Shown piece by piece: positions 13,185-27,800 of a stretch of 64,000 nt of DNA (positions are counted from its first letter, which is position 1; each line of letters opens with the position of its first letter). The notes beneath the pieces are model-generated. The model made no database searches. It was not told where the DNA came from and saw only the letters and a list, made by a program, of their open reading frames with translations. Source of the stretch: the human T2T-CHM13v2.0 reference genome, Homo sapiens; the NCBI RefSeq assembly GCF_009914755.1, contig NC_060942.1; one strand, given 5' to 3'. The position numbers and the translations under genes are program-made.

Positions 13185-14140
13185 TCATGAGGTTTATTCA
13201 ACTAATATTTTTGACCACCTACTATGTGCCAACACTGAGCTTTTAGCAGTTAATAAAATCAAAATTCTGTCCTCCTTGAGCATATTTTTGGTTGGAGCAA
13301 AAATAAAATTATATATTTTTCAACATGAGAGAAACAAATGTCCTTGCAGATAGGGGTGCCAGAGAAGTTCTCTCTGAAAAGGCAACACTTGAATGCAATG
13401 AGAGAGAAATCACCAAAAATTGTGAGAAGAAGATTCAAGGCTCAAGAAAAAATAACTCTACATCCCTAGAAATTGGAGGATGCTTGATATAAAGAACAAC
13501 CCAGAGGCCCAGAAGAGGATGAGTGGACAGAGAATGATAGAAAACAAGTTCCAAGAAAGCCATGGGCTGGAACACGTAGGATCTTAATGTCCATTAGAAG
13601 TCTTGGGATTTTATTATGAGTGTGGAATATAACTTTTTATGAGTGGAAGGTGAAAAAAATGATGTCCATTTTAAAGGTATCATTCTGGATTCTGTGTGAG
13701 AGGTCATGGTAGTTTGGAGATGAAGTGTGGTGGTGGTGGTAAGTGTTTGGTTTCCAGAAATATTTTGAAAGTACAATTAATAGGATTGACTAATGTATTA
13801 GTTTAGTATGTGTGAGAAAAAATATTGGATGATTTTAATGTTTCCAGGATAAGCAACTGAATAGCTAGGTAACACTGAGGTATGAGTATGTATGGGTAGA
13901 AAAATCAATGATTTGTTCTGGACATATTAAAATTGTGATGTGATTATATATCTATGTATAGAGATGATTAATAGCCCATTAGCTTTACAAGACTGAAATT
14001 CAAAGAACAAAAAGGTTCTAAAGACAAAACTGGGAATCTTCAGCACACGGTGATATTTAAACCACAGAAGTGGACTAGATCTTATTGTGTAGTGAGTGTA
14101 GGGAAGAGAATCATCTTGAGACTAACCATTTTAAGAACTG
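13185..14140 (-). mobile_element. L2 LINE fragment
   Basis: ttattcaactaatatttttgaccacctactatgtgcc (antisense 3' end) and typical internal motifs such as ttttaaaggtatcattctggattctgtgtgag. Confidence 0.8.
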
Positions 14141-14233
14141 CAGAGTACAGGTAGCTCTGACTTATGAAACACACATATACATATTGCGTGTATGTATATG
14201 TTTTCATGTGTGTGTGTCAGCATGTGTGTATCA

Positions 14234-14328
14234 GAGAGAGAAAGAGAAGAAAGAGAATGAGAAGAGAAAGAGAGAGAGAGAAGAAAGAGAACGCAAACGA
14301 GAACGAGAAAGAGAGAGGGAAGGGGAAG
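14234..14328. repeat. GA-rich purine simple repeat
   Basis: Directly visible. Confidence 0.9.
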
Positions 14329-16292
14329 TCTGAGCCCACCTGATCTCCTTTGTCTTGCTCATTCTGTTTCCAATCAAAGACCTTTAAAATAAACAAAAAC
14401 AAAAACTTGGCACATGACACGTCTATTTCCTAAAAATTAAACAAAGGTAAGAAACTAGGTAAAGTTTTATTAGGAAATCAGGAGGAAAAAAGAAAACCAA
14501 AGCATCCAGACTTTTAAACTACTAAATGCCATTTATTCTTCTGTAAATTCAACTCATAAAAGATTATTTTGATTTAACGAATATCCCTAAAATGCAAGTA
14601 ACCCAGAGGGTCTTAGAAATTTTCAATAATTTTTGGATTAATGTTAATTCTTTATAAATTTGTTTTGGTAGATGTAGATTTAAGGGTTATCAGCATAACT
14701 ATAATGTTTGGAACCATAGGCACCTCTGAGAGGATGTGTATCAGAAATTCAGGTAGACTTGGACAGAACCCTGGAACACTAGCAAAATACCTGCTTTTTT
14801 AATCTCTCTCATTTCATTTTCCTATTCCCAAGAGACAGTATCCCAGATTCATATTGTTAATTTATTTTCATTAGTGTTAAATAGCTTTTGTTGTCTAGCT
14901 TAAAAATGTACTTTTTATTTTTGGGAAGATATCTTCCGTAACCTAAAAACAAGATTATAGATATAAAATGACAAGCTACTGGTAAACTTCAGAGGGACCA
15001 GTCTATTTCTTTAACATGCCTTTAATGTAAAGCAAAGTTAACTTGGATTTAAACACTTTTATTTTCTTCTTAAAGGATCAGGGATTATAAAGATCAGTCA
15101 ATATTTCAATTGTGAGGAGTTAGTTAAATAGAAGTATAAAGTTAGCAAGATCAATGCAATGATCTTATGACATGCTATAACAGTTCTCAATTATTGAATA
15201 GATATTCTGATATCAGCCTACTTTCTTAAATGTAAGCTTTAAAATGGAAAAATATAATAGAAAAATATTGAAAGAAATACAGTTTAATTTATGCAGAGGT
15301 TGTCATAATGATCATTTTTTCTAGCTAGGATGGTATACAAGATTTAATATTTGAACATGGATAGTTTATGTGGAAAATACCATAAAAATATTTTCAAAGC
15401 ATTTGTCTCTGAAATGTAATGAAACTGGTAGCTTTCACTAAAAATATAACACTGTCAATAACTGACCATAATTCATTTATTTTGTTTTACATTTTTTGAG
15501 TTCTAATGAAAGATGAATTGTTTCTCTTGATATACATGATTTGCTAAGATTTATATTTCAACAAGGTGAAATGACTCAACAGAGGTCACTGGGGTGAGCT
15601 CATGTCTTCTCCTCGTGTTCTATTTTAGTTTACATTTTCCGAAAGAGATAATGTTCATATGTTTGAACAAATGTGTGTGATTTGATTGATCTGGATAACA
15701 AAACTGACAGCAGCTGAAGTTCTTAGCTGCTCAGTGATTTTTCTATTCCATATTTTGGTATTACAATAGTGTGAAATAACTAAATTTGTGAGGTGCTGTA
15801 ATAGAACAAAGGTAATTATGAAGGATGTGTCAGCCTCTGTTAAATATTACTACTTTAATATGCCTCTTGAAAAATATTTCTTACATAATTGTGATGAAGG
15901 AAAACATATATTTTATAAATCTCTTTTTGGAGGTAATATATCAAAAGTGCACATTGCCACACAATAATACAGAAGTAGTAAACACATGCAAAATAAGTTT
16001 ATACGTTGCCTTATATGCAATGAAAGAGTAGTCATAGTTATAGATTAGTCTCACTGAAAATGAAGACGGATGATAAATATATATATATACGCATACCTGC
16101 TTATATATGTTAGAAGATATAACTAACTGCAGAAGAATTATGTAGAAACAAATTTTAGTTTAAGTCCCTGAAGAAACATGAAAAGTATCCAGTGAAGAAT
16201 CCTCAACACACATCACTAACTCAAAAGTTTAATTTCAAACATGTGGTCTTTGTAAAATTTTATGTTCAAATATTTTACTACATACATATAAA

Positions 16293-16299
16293 ACACACA

Positions 16300-16334
<35 letters not shown>
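16293..16334. repeat. (CA)n microsatellite
   Basis: Directly visible, one interruption. Confidence 0.95.
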
Positions 16335-16337
<3 letters not shown>

Positions 16338-16881
16338 TTTTCCTTTTACTGATTCTCTACTCCCAACTTCCATTGCCTAGAACATGTTAATGGTTTTTGA
16401 TAAAACATAATTATGAACAAAAAGTAGGTAAAGTAAAACCGAAATCATGTCTATTGTTAGTAGAGTATATTTAAGGCTATGAAAGTTTAACGTAAGGAAT
16501 TTACTTATAATACAATAAACATATTCTTCTGTGATTCTGTTTTTTAAGGTATTTTTCCTAGTTTGATTATTTTAGACTAAGCACAACTCCTGTAAATTGT
16601 GAGATTTCAGGGAGAGCCTTTCATCTGTCCCTGTGTCTCTTCGAAGTGATTCTTACAGGGGTTATTTATTTGCTTCTTCCCTCCAATTTTCTGGACTGCC
16701 AGGAGTCAGTAATTCCTGATGTATATATCTGCCATGATAACCCAAACTTTTCTTTAGACTGTTCCAAAGTCTAGACATTAAGGAAATATTGTGATTAAGA
16801 AGCCTGTGGTCATAGACTCAAACTATATTCTCTGATGCAGCTTTAGTAAATATAAGGATTTTATTTTGATTTCAATTTATT

Positions 16882-17421
16882 GTCTTTCTAGGTGTCTATT
16901 GCTATGTAACAAATAACTTCCAGATTTAAATCTTAAAACTAATGCTTAAACTAGGTTTTAAACTTTTAAAGTAAAACTTAAAACTAAACAACAAATTTTG
17001 CTGCTGAATCTGTAATTTGAGCAGAAGTCAGTGTAGGTGGCTCTACTCAGCTCCACAAACCTGGAGGACCTACTAGCAAAATGGCGTACTCCTATCTTCG
17101 GTAATGTGGTACTGGCCCTGGGAACTCAGCTGGGATTGCTGGCTGGTTCCTCTTCACGTGGGTGTCTTTGGGATTCCTCACACTCTGGTGCTTGGTATTC
17201 CTCAAAGCATAGTGGCTGGATTCCAAGAGCAAGTGCTCCAAGAGTGTAGGTGGAAGCCATCTGTTTCTTAAGGCCTGGACTCAGAAATTGGCAGAGCATA
17301 TGTTCAAATGTATGCTCTTAGCCAGATAGTCCCAGAAATCCATTCAAATACCAGCAGAGGAGACATAGATCCTCTACTCTTGATAGGGATGGACATTTGC
17401 AGCTTTCTTTAATCTACCACA
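16882..17421 (-). mobile_element. MLT1 (G/H-like) MaLR LTR
   Basis: tctattgctatgtaacaaat...gaatctgtaatttgagcag...tttaatctaccaca. Confidence 0.75.
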
Positions 17422-18024
17422 GTTCTCAACTCAAGAAGTGATGAAAGAAGCCTTCTGTATTAGGTCCCTGACAATATCATCTATTATTAATTATTATGAT
17501 TTGTAATATAAATTGGTCAGTAATAAGTTTAGTGTTTTGTTCATTCTTTTCACTACAAATGATGAAACTAGGGCATAAAACAATTGATTTACCTAGTTCT
17601 CTCAATGAATCAATGGCTCAAAAAAATAGCGTTTAGATTGTGTTCTAGAATATTTTAGATGTGAAATGAAAATATGTGCTTGCTCAATTCAATTAAAAAA
17701 AAAACTATGTATTGTAACCCTATCATTCATTTTTAATGAGCCCATGGCCAAATAAGCATCTGGCCTCAAGAAGCTGATAATACAGGGAAATGACATGCTA
17801 GTAAGCAATAAGCCCTAAATTCAGCTACATTAACATGCTCAGGGCTGCTGTACCTTTGTCTTTTCAATTAAGATACATGTGAGAATTTGTTTTTATAGTT
17901 TACTTGAGCCTGTTGGAGCTTCCCAAAACACACATTGAAGACCTTTTCTTCTTCCATTACATAGTTTTATCATTTGAAAATCTTACATGATGCTGCTTCA
18001 ACAGACCAAGGAGTTACATTTTTT

Positions 18025-18405
18025 TTTTATCTCCAGTCCTGGCTTTCCAACTTAGCTTCACACAATATGTTCAATTGCCTACATAACATTTCCATTAAGA
18101 AGCTTTAAACACATCTCAAATTCAATATTCCCACACCAATTCATGTTGATTGTCCCCAAACTTGTTATTCTTCCAGTGTTCTTTATAATGGTTCCCATAG
18201 ATTTGCATTAGCCCAAAGGAGAACCGATCTTTGACAATCTTGTCTCCCTCAGCCTCCATGCTATATTTATTTGTCTCCAACTACACTGTTAACCCCACAA
18301 AGTAGACTCCACAAAGGCAAGGATTATGTTATTGTTGTTATCATTGCATCCCCAGTGCCAGGGTATAGTGTTGGTATTCCTTAAATTTTGCAAAATGAAA
18401 GAATT
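18025..18405 (+). mobile_element. L2 fragments including the 3' end
   Basis: catctcaaattcaatattccc...; tagactccacaaaggcaagga...cattgcatccccagtgcc. Confidence 0.65.
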
Positions 18406-19245
18406 ATTCTTAATTCTGTCATTATTTTGGAGATATTTTTGATGAATTCACAAAAGCAAATGGAGTTCTGAAGTGCATATGGTGAGAAACATGTGAGAAT
18501 ATATTTCCTTAAGTTTGATCATTTATAGAGATGAATCAGAGTGCACTACGAATTGTTAAGAACTAAAAAAAAAAAAAAAAAAAAAAAAAAGTTTGTGGAA
18601 AAAAATTCCATCTTGTAGATGTTAGGTAGTTTTAGGATTCCTAAGGGACTGTACAGACTTTTTCCCAAAGGAAGAACTAAATTTAGCACATCTCTGAATT
18701 CACATCACAAAAGTAGTCACACGATTTTATACTTCAGTCACCAACAGAGAGAAATGGCAAAATAGCACAAAAGACTGTTTCTCACATAGTGTAAATCATG
18801 TAGCAAGAATAAGATTTTCTGTTTTCTAGACTATCAATATAGCTGAAAGAATTTCCTCTGAGACAGGTAACACAGAACTAGACAGGCCATTCAAATGCCA
18901 TTTAAACCTTAGATACTGAAAGCCCAGGTACTATTATTGCTTTTTTTTTACTTTTTGCTTATTTATCAAGTTTCAAGTAACCTCATGTTTTTATTTTTGC
19001 CTGTCATTGAATCATTTTTCTAGTTCCAGATAAAATTTCTTTACTCTTAAATTATTTTAAAAAGTGCATTCCTATCCATTCTTTTCCATTTGTTCTCAGC
19101 TCCAATGAGTTCTAATGATACCACCAGTTGGGAAGTAATTTTCTATTTACTTTTCTATTTTTCCAGTAAATTCTCAAGTTCTTAAGGCTGAATGTTATCT
19201 TGTATTGTTTCTTGTATTTGTGATATTTAACTACATTATTCCTTT

Positions 19246-19302
19246 TAAGTATGCATGTGCCAAGTCAGAGAGACTTGTGCAGACTTGGCACATGCATACT
19301 TA
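19246..19302. repeat. Perfect 21-bp inverted repeat with 15-nt loop
   Basis: taagtatgcatgtgccaagtc (19246-19266) and gacttggcacatgcatactta (19282-19302) are exact reverse complements. Confidence 0.97.
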
Positions 19303-20787
19303 TAAAAAAGAAATAATGAAGTGTTCAGATAAATATTAGGAAGCAAAACATAGTGTACTTCTGTGAAGGGCAAAAACAAGAAGTAAAAGAGAATGCAAGA
19401 AGAGAAAACCAGAAGGGAGAATATGAAGGTGAAAAGCTCACACTGTTTTGTAAACTACCACTTTTTAAACTCCAGTTTTAAGAAAATTAGCTTATTAGGT
19501 ATATTTTCAGTTAAGATAGTTGTATTTTTCGAGCACTTTGGCCACAACTCATGTTAATAATTATACTAGGCATAAAGACTCAGTATTCAAATATGCACAC
19601 AGAAATACACACATACACATGCACACAGCTGAAAATATTCATCAACAACATATATCCTTACTTCATGGCATGAATTCCAACTTTTTACCATCATATTTTA
19701 TTCTATGTCTGTTTTATAAATTGATTTCACAAATCGTTATTGAGCTGTGACCTGAAGTTTGGAAATATAGTAAATGGGAAGTATTCTGGAATATTGCGTA
19801 TTGTGCGGAACATCTATAAATAACAATTTGCAGCAGTACTTTATCTTACAGTGTGTTTCTTCATCAGCTGTCAGTGATGAAGTAAGAACTACGAAAATAA
19901 AACAATGAATCTCGGATCTTAAATGTTCTGGACCAAGAATTTTGTGGAATCTCCGCCTATGGCAAAACCTTAAGATTCATTTAAAGAGATTACTTGACAC
20001 ATTTAATCATTTTTGTAAATGTTTCAGGTAAATGACTTTGGGTCATTATGTATTGAATGAGCCCAAAATATTTTAGAGGGAAAAATGACGTATTGGATTA
20101 ATTCTGATTTATAGAAATTAAACAAATATTTTATCTTCCTATCAAAACATACTTTTTAAACCTGATCTATCACCATCAAACTCTACCTTACTGAATTTCA
20201 CAAGCTTATTTTATATCAAAAAGAAAGATTTTGCATATTTATCGTATACCATAATTTTGAAGTAAAAACACTGTTAAATGTCTTCTTTTTTTAGGTAACA
20301 TTATTGATATAAGAAAAACAATCTTAATTCTTTAGAGGATTTTTGTTTTTCTTTCTCATTTAATATAAGGGATTTCAATTTTAGCTTAAATTAAATTTAC
20401 AATTTCTAAGGTAAAAACATAAATTTTATAGAAGTCAAGACACATAGAAGCTTGTAGACTTATTTTTGAACATTTAAATAAATATTGAGAAGTTTACAGT
20501 AATGAATATAAGGTGGCCAAGACAAAATGAAGGACAAATATATTTAATCAAGCTGCAGCAAGTGAAGTTTTGGGCAGAGCATTTAGACACATGCACTGCA
20601 GTAGTCTAATTTGAAATATACAATTCTTGAGATGCTATTTATATTTTCAATTCAGATCTAGAATGCAAGAGCATATCCAAAATTTAGCACTAAAAATGCA
20701 ATTTCAATGTATCTCATTATGGCATGTTAAGCTTCTGAAGGTATTTATTTTAGATATATTTTACAGAAGTAAAATAATTTTTTGAGG

Positions 20788-21385
<598 letters not shown>

Positions 21386-22049
21386 TAAAATAATATTTTA
21401 TAGCACCATGTAACTATCACTCTAAGAGGGATTACTGAAAAATGTAAGTCCCTGAGAGAACTGTACAGTTTATTACAAACAAATAGACAAAAATATAATG
21501 GGCTAGGAGTAGAGGTGGCAGTTTTATGAGAAGCCAAATTATCTAATATTTAAAAGTGGCAAGACCCTTCTACAGCCAAGTTGCCATCAAGTTTACACTT
21601 CACCCTTAACTTATTATTTATTGGATATTGACAATACCAGTTAAAAACAGGTTGCATTTTTGAGGCAGAAATTAAGCAGATAGATGTTGTAGTAAAAAAA
21701 ATATATAAATAAAAAGGGCTAATAATTACTTTTAACATCTTTTAAAAGGAGGATAAGAAGAAAATTAAGTAAGAAAAAAATTTAAAAATTTTTTATAAAT
21801 ATTTGAGGATTGCCTGTATATTTGAGAGATTTTGTCTACCTAGTATTACATGTCTACGTGGTAGCAAACTTCTTGTAAACTAAATGTAAAAGTGGTCAAA
21901 TGACAAAAAATTAACAAAACTATGATTGATAATTTTATTTTACTTTTTCACCAATTAGTTTGATAATATGTAATTAAATAAACTGACAAATGCTTAGTCA
22001 TTATAAAAATGTTAGCCCAGATTTTTAAACTAAGTTTCTGGTTCAATAG

Positions 22050-22285
22050 TTGAAATTACTGGAGTACATTAGTTACTGGCATGATCACTGGGTCCAAATC
22101 CTGGATCCAGTTGGGATTTGTAGTGTGTGTATGAGTTTGGGAAATGGATTAATCTCTTGGTGCTTTAGTTTCTTGAAATAAAAAATGGGTACATATATTT
22201 TTTGAGATAGTTAATAGAAATGATTGAAGTACTTAAAACATTGATGAGTAACTATTTAGCACTACATAAGAATTTGCTTTTATTG
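22050..22285 (+). mobile_element. MIR SINE
   Basis: ctgggtccaaatcctgg...ctttagtttctt..aaataaaaaatggg. Confidence 0.65.
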
Positions 22286-22289
22286 GCTA

Positions 22290-22641
22290 TGCCTTAGTCC
22301 TTTTGGGTTAATATAACAAAATACCGTAAACTGAGTGGCTTATAGACAACACACATTTATTAATCACAGTTCTGGAGGATGGAAAGTCTGAGATAAAGGT
22401 GCCAGCAGATTCACTATCTGGTGAGGGCCAGTTCCTCATAAATGGCAACTTCTTGTGTCCTCTCCTAGTGGAAAATGCCAATGAGCCCCTTGGACCTCTT
22501 TTATAAAGGTTCTAATCCCAGTCCTGAGAGCTCCTTCCTCATGATATGATCTCCTCCAAAGACCCCACCCTTAATAATATCACATATGGGATTAGGCTTT
22601 AAAACATACTTTCAGGGACTACAAATATTCACACCGTAACA
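22290..22641 (-). mobile_element. MLT1A-type MaLR solo LTR
   Basis: tgccttagtcc...taacaaaataccgtaaactgagtggcttata...attcacaccgtaaca; TG...CA ends with ggcta/gtcta flanks. Confidence 0.9.
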
Positions 22642-23628
22642 GTCTATTTTAATACTAGGAAAAAGAATAAATAAATGTCTGTCAATAAATTGATTATACA
22701 TATGTGGATGCTGAATATACTACAGTTTATAAGAGAAGGAATTCCCTTATAATTTGGATGAATATAAAATTATACCTATGTAGGTTACATAGAAACTAAA
22801 CTAGAAATATGTAGGTGTAAATAATTGGCCATTGTATGATTAAATCAAGAATAATCAACCCTTATAATAATATTTGACCTTAAAATTAATATTGTTTCCA
22901 TTTCTTCACTAAATGTGGCCCAACGTATTTGCTACCAATTTTCTAACCTGTGTCTTTAAAACACAGATAAGGTTCTATATTGTAACAAGAAATGATAGGT
23001 CCTTAGACAGCAGTTTATTTTATATTTTGTAACAAACATAAAATCCTCATTGGTTTGTAATATATTGAGGGAGTAAATAATTTCAGCAATTTGGGGAGCA
23101 ACCTTAAAACATAAAAGAGCCAGATTTCCCACTGGCCAAATTAAAAAGAAATCATAATCAAAATTACAATTATAGTTAAGAGAAGCCATTGTGATTTTAA
23201 AGTCACAAATTCGTAACGACAAAATGCAGTTGAAATAAGAAAAAAGAGTGCCTGTAAGCAGATGTGATTGCTTTTGCTGTTGCCCATTTTCTCTTTGGGA
23301 AATTGAAAAAGAGAAATACCAAAAACTATGGTTAAACGAAATTCTTCTTAAATAGAAGACATAAAAGGAAAAGAGGATAAAACAGTACCAGTGGTCCCCA
23401 AAAATAACGAGAAAAATAGCTTTTTAATGATTGGTCAGCACATGCTGATATTCACAAGATAACAACATGGATTTTACCTTTCATCTCTTAAGAGGCATAA
23501 ACAGATGACAGTGAAGTATGTACAGACAGAAAAAAAAAAAAAAAAAAAAAAACGCTATATTGGCCAACCCAGGCTGAGCCTGTATTCCTGCTTTACTTTT
23601 GGCTTTGCTAAAAGATTGTAACTCTAGA

Positions 23629-23716
23629 GTCCATGGCCATTGCACCCTGAATATGCCCAATCTTGCGTGATCTCAAAAGCTAAGCAAGTTTGGCCTGGTT
23701 AATACTTGGATGGGAG
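23629..23716 (+). pseudogene. 5S rRNA retropseudogene, 3'-truncated (about nt 1-89)
   Basis: gtccatggccattgcaccctgaatatgcccaatcttgcgtgatctcaaaagctaagcaagtttggcctggttaatacttggatgggag aligns to 5S GTCTACGGCCATACCACCCTGAACGCGCCCGATCTC...TACTTGGATGGGAG; many of the differences are CpG decay. Confidence 0.95.
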
Positions 23717-23775
23717 TACATGATAACTCTGTCAAGGTACTTAAATAAATATATCCCTAGCTCAGTCTGGGGAGC

Positions 23776-23818
23776 ACTTTTAATAGCAAAAGCTGCAATT
23801 ACTTTTGCACCAACCTAA
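23776..23818. mobile_element. MADE1 (Hsmar1-derived MITE), one half only
   Basis: acttttaatagcaaaagctgcaattacttttgcaccaacctaa matches the right arm and TIR of MADE1. Confidence 0.9.
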
Positions 23819-24533
23819 CATAAAATAACAATTGTAGTAATAATAACAGGAGTACAGAGTAATAATAATTGTAATTTGAAGAAATTCAGGTATAAGAAAG
23901 TATATCCTAAATGTGTGGTATCTTCTTAAGTAAACACCTATGGGGATTTAAATATTAACTGTAATTCTTCTTTGTTTTATTATTTATATAATGTATTCAA
24001 ATTTTTAGAGAAATACTGGTTAAACAATTTTATAAAATTAATCTATTGAGTGTCAAACAACAAATAAAGTTTCCTCTTGCACAAAAGTGTCTTCAATTAA
24101 AAAGTCTGTCTAATAATATGAAAATTTTCTACAATGTAACAACTCTAATAACAGGTTAATAGTGTCATATACGAATAGCTTATCATCTTCCCATTTGTTT
24201 TTTTCTAAAGCTTATATATAAAATATTACACAATGTAAACAATTTTGAGTTGTGGGAAATAACCAACCTTATTATGATAATGATTTCTAACAAAGAAATT
24301 TTCATTGTTCATGTTAATTTATGGTATAAAGAAGATATTACTTGGTAAAAATGTTTAGCCAAATTATAACTAAAATAGAAATTTTTATATTTAAAATTTT
24401 GATAAAATAGAAATTTTGATAAAATGGAAATTTTCACCTTTGAAAGTTGAATTCTGAACTAAGATTTTCAATAAAATTCTCTTTTTCTTAAAAAAAAAAA
24501 GCAAAATTGGGACTAAAAAACAGAACTCCATTT

Positions 24534-24884
24534 AAAAAAACAGAACTCCATTCTTTGCAGCAACATGGATGCAGCTGGAGGCTGTTATCCTAAGTGAACT
24601 GATGCAGAAACAGAAAACCAAATTCTGAGTAGTGTCACTTATATGTGAGAGCTAAATCTTGGGCTCACATGGACATAAAGCTAGGAACAGTAGACACTGG
24701 GGAATGCAAAAGGAGGGAGGGAGAAAAGGGGCAAGGGCTGAAAAACTTCCTATTGGGTACTATGTTCAGTATCTGGGTGACAGGATCAATAGAAGCCCAA
24801 ACTTAAGCACCACACAATATAGCCTGTAACAAACCTGCATAGGTACCCCCTGAGTCTAAAGTAAAATGGAAATCAGAAAAAAAA
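24534..24884 (+). mobile_element. Old L1PA/L1PB (L1PA16-like) 3' end
   Basis: tttgcagcaacatggatgcagctggagg...tgtaacaaacctgcataggtaccccctga; 19-nt tandem duplication aaaaaaacagaactccatt at the 5' junction. Confidence 0.9.
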
Positions 24885-26709
24885 TAGTATTCTATAGCAC
24901 TGAGAATTCGAAGTCTGATGGAGTTGCTCTATTTTTTTGATATGCACATCTCATAATCATTTTATATATTTGAAACTGTTTTCAAGGGGAGTAGTTAATA
25001 TGACCTTCACATTTTATAATGTTAAAATATTAATAGCAAAATAATAGTGATAAAAGAATTAATACACTCCTTCTCTTCTAAAGGATGCCACATGATTTTA
25101 ACAACATTAAAAGGAAATCTTTCTCTTTTAACATGACCTTAACCCTGTTTTCTAAAAAATGTAATATTTAAGAGTTATCTATAAAATAATGGTTATGGTG
25201 CTACACCCCAATCACTCTGCTCTGTGTTTAGAAAGTGTGATGAAAAGGCAAAATAAAAGGTTTCGCAGAAAGCATTTCTAGAGGTTTCTAGAAAGTTTGT
25301 ATAGACTGTCAATGTTGTTTGAACACACTTTGGAAGCCCATTTACCTTCTTGAAATAATGTAGATCGTTTTGATTTCTATATGAATGGGAAATCACCCTG
25401 AGATGTCTAGAACCATGCAGACAACATCTTCCTATTCTGCACGAAGACTCCACGTCAATAAAGGACCCCAGGTTAAAGAACGATTGGAATTTATTTGCAT
25501 AGTATGTTCACATCTACTTGATGTGGGTTGCATTTAGCTATAACCTGCAGCAGGCCTTCTTTTGGAATCAAGGACATGTTGTTCCAGGCACACAGGAACT
25601 AATCAAGAGACCTAGCTTCCAGACCCATCTGCAATACACATCAAGCTACCAACTATGAAAAATAAATTAGTCTTTGTGATACACTAGTCTTGCCATCTGG
25701 AAAATTATAGTGAAACAAGGACTTTGATTTTCGATCTTTAGCGTTCTGCAGAGCTCTAATGGATTAAGAGTGGTGATATGGAGGCCCTCACGTGGGGAGG
25801 GGAGACAGTGCTTTGATCTGATCTTTATACTGGAGTTTATCCAAGTATTTCTGAGCTTGAAAAGAGTACAAACTGGTGAAAATAACTGGATTAAGTGGCC
25901 TCTAAGGTTTCTTCTGGTTCTCATCATCTATGATATGTATTTCCATTCTCAGTACAGTCATTTCATAATATTAAGAAGCCTCAACCTGAATATGATTTAC
26001 TGTATCTGCTTAGGGGCATGATGCTTTCCCAATTTTTTTTTTTTTTTTTTAGTAAAAGCTTCATAGTAACATCTTCAGAAGCAGACCTCCTGTGACTTAT
26101 TACATAATGGATATTCATATGAGAGTTGAATATATTTGACAGTGTTCATTTTTAAAAAATTTAATTTTAAATAAAGGGATATCTTTCACCATATGTCCTA
26201 TAATTATCGTTGAAAAAATGTTATAACATATGCCACTTTAATTCGACACTTCTGTTAGTCTTCAAATTTTTTTCCAGATGAGCTTTGTTTTGGAGTGATG
26301 AATTTTTGTTCTTAAAATATTCCATTGGGAAAGCACTCTAAAACACGAGGACAGTTTAAACATTTTTTTACAACTGACTAAATATAAAATTATAAATTTA
26401 AAAGTATTTGTGCATTTAGAGTATCAGAGTTCCTAGAAAAAATGAGTTATGTAATATCCACATTTCTTACTTTTTGCAGTTACTAAAAAATTTTCCTTTG
26501 GTGTTTGACATCTAATGTATGTCATTTTTAGAGTACAGGTTATTTGTACTAACGTGTGTGTCTTTTGAATAGTTTAGCATATGTTCAGATCTTCAGATTT
26601 CCAGATATAAAAACTGTTTGCCTAAAAATATTAAAAATTAAAAAAAAACTATAGAGACACATTGATGTCCATTGAAATTAATGTGAGTAGCTTAAAGTTT
26701 TAAGACTAA

Positions 26710-27035
<326 letters not shown>

Positions 27036-27334
27036 AAGTTGAATCTCTCTGGTAAATTAATGATAATCCCTGGAATCTCTGAAAGTTTCTGTTCAGTTCT
27101 TATCCATAGACCTTGTGATTACTAAATATCCACAATTAGAAGAAAGGCTAATGAATATTTGTGAGGTGGACATCACATTGTGTCAATCTTTGTATTCATA
27201 TAAATATCATTTTACTATGCATATCTGTATAGTATATACTGACACAACACACATTACGTGTGTGTGTGTGTTTATATATATATATATATATGCCTATATA
27301 TGCTTATATACTTGTACTTTGAAATTGAATTAAG

Positions 27335-27800
27335 TTGTAGTTTTTGCTTTCTCTCTGCCCCTGTTCTGTTTCCTGAAGCTGAGACAGATCATTCCTATTT
27401 ACCCTGATGGCTTCCTCCCTCAAGGACCTGAGTCTCTCTGTGTCTTTGCATGGAGGTTTTCTTTAGCCTCCCTGAGAGCTCTTCCAGTCTTCTCTCAGGA
27501 GAACTCAGGAGTTCCTGGGATTTAACATTCCCCAAGAGCAGCCATCGACCAATTAGGACCATGATTTCACGGGAAATTTTAAGGCATCGCTACACTAGGT
27601 TACTCACAGCTTCCCAGTTAAAGGCTAGTTGCCCTCAGTGGTAGCCTGTTCTAATGAGCATACCCTTCTTTGACTTTTCTTCCTACTCTTTTTCATTCTC
27701 CCTAATCCCTCATTTTTGCTTTCTGGAATATCTACCAAATAAACTACGGGCATTCAGATCCTGTCTCAGGAACTCTTTTAGGGGAACATAACCTAAGAAA
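27335..27800 (+). mobile_element. ERVL LTR (LTR16-like) solo LTR
   Basis: 3' end ccaaataaactac...atcctgtctcagg...ggggaacataacctaaga. Confidence 0.7.

Noticed and set aside
15572-15578. AP-1 motif TGACTCA (also ~40455 and ~55949)
   Set aside because: Isolated 7-mers at about chance frequency; no other enhancer evidence visible.
18565-18590. Isolated poly(A) runs (26 A here, 23 A at 23530, 20 A at 43183) as processed-pseudogene tails
   Set aside because: No TSD, polyadenylation signal or upstream mRNA-like sequence seen; treated as mononucleotide microsatellites.
23776-23818. miR-548-like hairpin from MADE1
   Set aside because: Only one arm of the MITE is present, so no hairpin can form.
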